Below are positions 61,005-64,000 of a stretch of 64,000 nucleotides of DNA, in pieces (the stretch's first letter is position 1; each line of letters opens with the position of its first letter). This DNA comes from Felis catus (taxonomy: Eukaryota). Both the position numbers and the translations under genes were made by a program. The stretch is from the NCBI RefSeq assembly GCF_018350175.1, contig NC_058368.1, forward strand, positions 89,716,001 to 89,780,000, given 5' to 3'. The notes beneath the pieces are model-generated. The model saw only the letters and a program-made list of their open reading frames with translations, was not told where the DNA came from and did not search any database.

Positions 61005-61230
61005 GGGGCACCTGGGTTAGTATCCAACTTCAGCTCAGGTCATGATCTCACAGTTCATGAGTTTGAGCCCTGTGTCAGGCTCTCTGCTGACAGCTTAGAG
61101 CCTGGAGCCTGCTTTGGATTCTGTGTGTGTCTCTCTCTCTGCCCCTCCCCCGCTCACACTGTCTCTCTTAAAAATAAATATTGAAAAAATTTTAAAATAT
61201 TTTAAAATATTTTAAAATAATTAAAAATTT
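61005..61230 (+). mobile_element. Can-SINE with AT-repeat tail
   Basis: Head, CT tract and (TTTAAAATAT)n tail. Confidence 0.88.
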
Positions 61231-62219
61231 TTTTTTTAATTTCTAATTCAAGAAAAGAGAGGAGAAAAAAAAAAAAAAGACCAACAAAGCACAAGTCATA
61301 TTTTTAAAGTGCATTAGATTCAATAGATACAAAACTGCTCTCACACGTTGTCTATTTCACTGCAGGCTGATGACACAGTTTACAAATGGGCACAGTCCAC
61401 AGACTGCCCAAGAGCAGCACTGATCCAGCCATATGGAGTCTACTACACAACTTTAAGAAAGTGGAAATGATAAAACAGCCTAACAAGTGAATTGTTAAAT
61501 GAGATTTAAAATGATCATGTAGCACCAACTGAAAATAGCTTATGACAGCTGCCAAATTAAGTTTACCATTAATATTTCTCCAAATTTTAAAGTTTCACAT
61601 TAGACATAATGGAAGCTTTATTAACAATTAATATTTTTTTATGAACTATCAAAAGAATCTTGAGTAGTAAAAGAAACAAAGACCCAACACTGAGATACTT
61701 ACAATTTTCTGCGGTAAGTTTTATTTATCAATTTTTAAAGGTGAGGAGAACTACTTCTAAAAAAAAAAAGAACCAGTATAATCCCTGGTTCTTAGAATTT
61801 AAATGAACCTCGGTTACTACTTAGTGAACCAGAGGCTGGTGAGGCCATAAACTAAACAAGTCTAAATAATTTGTTCCCATTTATTTCCACATATATCACA
61901 TGGGAAAGGAGGTCTTTTAAGGAGATTAAAAATGGTCATGGTATATACTCAGTAATTAAGCCCAAAACAATGTCAAAAAGCTGGAGTGGGAATAACAAAG
62001 GTAAAGAAACTCTCATGAGGTCCTTATTCCTTTTTACTATGCAGCAAATGGTAGGAAGCAGCAAAACAGCCAGGGGAATAAAAGAAAAGGCAAGTAATAT
62101 GATATGGAGCAAGATTTTTCCACTGGGATTAACATAATAACTAGAAATTAGCTTTACTTTCAACTTGGGTGGATCCCATCTACCATACAAAAAAACAGGG
62201 ATAATAAAAGAAATAGCAA

Positions 62220-62470
62220 TTACCATTTATTAAATACAATATGTGTCCAGCAGGGTGCTAGTAGTTTCTTACTCATTATCTCAGGTATCTCTAATCTCAG
62301 CCCTGGCTAGGTAGGCTTTACAGTAACTTTACAGAGGACAAAACACTCAGCAAAGTTAAGGAGATTGCCCCAAATCACACAACTTGTAAATGGCAAAGTC
62401 ACAGGATTCCAAACTGAACTGTGTGACACCATATCCTATCTACTCCTCTACTCCGCACTGTAGTCCTCCA
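62220..62470. mobile_element. MIR fragment
   Basis: TTTACAGAGGACAAAACACTCAG...TTGCCCCAAATCACACAACTTGTAAATGGCAAAG is the MIR core. Confidence 0.7.
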
Positions 62471-62952
62471 AATGCAGTGACTAATTCTAGCTTTTTTTTT
62501 TGAGTCCAGGCTTTATTACTATCATGCGTACAAGCCCTGGGATGGCCAAAAAGGTGTCATTCCTTGGCAGTGGTATCCTGGACCCTGTGTTAAGCATAAT
62601 ATGGTACCCCAGAATTTAGAGGGGAAAGCACCACAATCGTTTGTAACAGGAGAGTCCGTATGTAGGATTAACATAACTGCCTTTTATTTATTTACCCCCA
62701 CTTTATCCAAAAATTTTGTTTAGGAATAAAGTATATTACACATAACATAGCAATAAAACAAATTTTAGGCAATGTATCTACCTAATTTATTATTTATTGA
62801 CATTCAATTTTCCCAGAAAACTTTACAAGGGATACAATTATGTTTGCTCTTGTTCAAATACCATTTAATTGGTAGTGCAGTTTCCTAGCAAAATAAGTGT
62901 TCTATTTTGTTTGTAGGGGGTTAAAGTCAGAAAAGAAGTCGAATCTGCACAC

Positions 62953-63139
62953 CTGAGTGATACCATGTTTCCGAGTTCTGCCGGTAAACTCCGGATTTTA
63001 TTAGAGGACAGGTCCAGATACACCAGATTGTGAAGCTTGGCAATGTCTGAAGGAATGCGGGACAGGGAATTGTCACTCAGATGCAAAGCTGTCAAGTGAG
63101 TTAGTGACCACAAAGATGAGCTTAAGCTTCTTACTTTTC
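62953..63139 (-). CDS. CNOT6: CNOT6 coding exon (LRR domain: GKVRSLSSSLWSL...GNMVSLR), 187 nt
   Basis: Leucine-rich repeats matching recalled human CNOT6; AG/GT boundaries. The start-codon exon lies beyond the window end. Confidence 0.97.
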
Positions 63140-64000
63140 CTGTAAGAGAAGGAAAAAATGGGGAAAGGATTATATGGTGTTGTCTACAATTTGATCCCTG
63201 GATCAAATAACATTTAGATGTTTCAATGAATAATAATCTATCTTTCAAAACATTGTGAGGAAGGGTTTAAAAGGAGAAAGCTTACCTATTCTAGGACAAC
63301 GTACTGCTATGATTAGGTTATAAGCTCTACTTAGCAAACTAAAAAAATCTCAGTGTTTAAAATGCATCATTGTTTTTTAAGAGCACAACAGCTAAGACTT
63401 TATCCTTTAAGGTTGCCTCAGCTACGACACGAAAGAAAGATATGAATGATTTATAGTAATGATAAATCTAGTATGTCACCACGATCAATTTGGATATGCA
63501 AAAAAAAAATCAAATCCTCTCTCGGAGGCTGTTCCTATCTATAGAAAACAAGAATTCTGCCTGCAAAAAAAAGGTAAACCATATATTCTCAGCTTAACAA
63601 AGTTTTAAGACCAGTGTACTCAAGTGTGATAACTGCATCAAGAATCATATAACTAAACAAAAGCTGTACTGAATAATTTACAAGCAAAAATACTTGCCCA
63701 GAAACATCAAAGATATGAAGTCATAATCAAACAGTAGTAGACCCCGGGTTCAGTAACTAAGAAAGTAATCTCTTTCAATGTAACATTAAATCAGTACTTT
63801 GGTACTTCTTGGTAAGATGACAATCATTTCTACAATCCATCTAAGAACTTTCCTCCAATCTCTTTAATGGTCTAAGATCTAGTCTGAGACAGAATGAAAC
63901 AAACAGATGTAATGGAAATACACTAGTCTTTGAGAACTGATTTTCTATCGGCTGAAAAAGCAATCTTAAGATTTCTAATCAAGGTGGAGTAACAGAGACC

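Noticed and set aside
43143..63139. CNOT6L instead of CNOT6
   Set aside because: The sequence (GTAKR linker, HLPGRR end) and the adjacency to SCGB3A1 and FLT4 match CNOT6.
1..64000. CRISPR arrays, rRNA or prokaryote-type systems
   Set aside because: Mammalian intron/exon DNA; no repeat-spacer arrays or rRNA motifs seen.

Overview
Mammalian genomic DNA, most likely from a felid because it is dense in SINEC_Fc-type tRNA-derived Can-SINEs. The gene order matches what I recall for human 5q35.3. (1) The last coding exon and 3' UTR of FLT4/VEGFR3 lie on + at about 5.2-7.2 kb. (2) A ~6 kb defective gamma-like (ERV1) provirus lies on - at 8297-14276, with two ~300 bp LTRs, a tRNA-Glu PBS, a PPT, gag and env remnants and a long AT-rich non-coding core in place of pol. 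(3) A complete three-exon SCGB3A1 secretoglobin gene lies on + at 26.8-28.3 kb and predicts 122 aa, including an Ala/Gly-rich repeat expansion. (4) Ten coding exons and the long 3' UTR of CNOT6 (CCR4a deadenylase) lie on - at about 38.5-63.1 kb; its 5' end is outside the window. The rest is SINE, L1, L2, MIR, MLT1, MER20 and MER21 repeats plus a fossil hAT transposase. Most ORFs in the track are spurious. I found no convincingly new gene system. The best leads are the mosaic ERV with asymmetric CpG decay between its LTRs, the SCGB3A1 expansion, and several splice or duplication oddities. Family names come from recalled consensus sequences, not database searches, and repeat boundaries are approximate unless target-site duplications (TSDs) are given.
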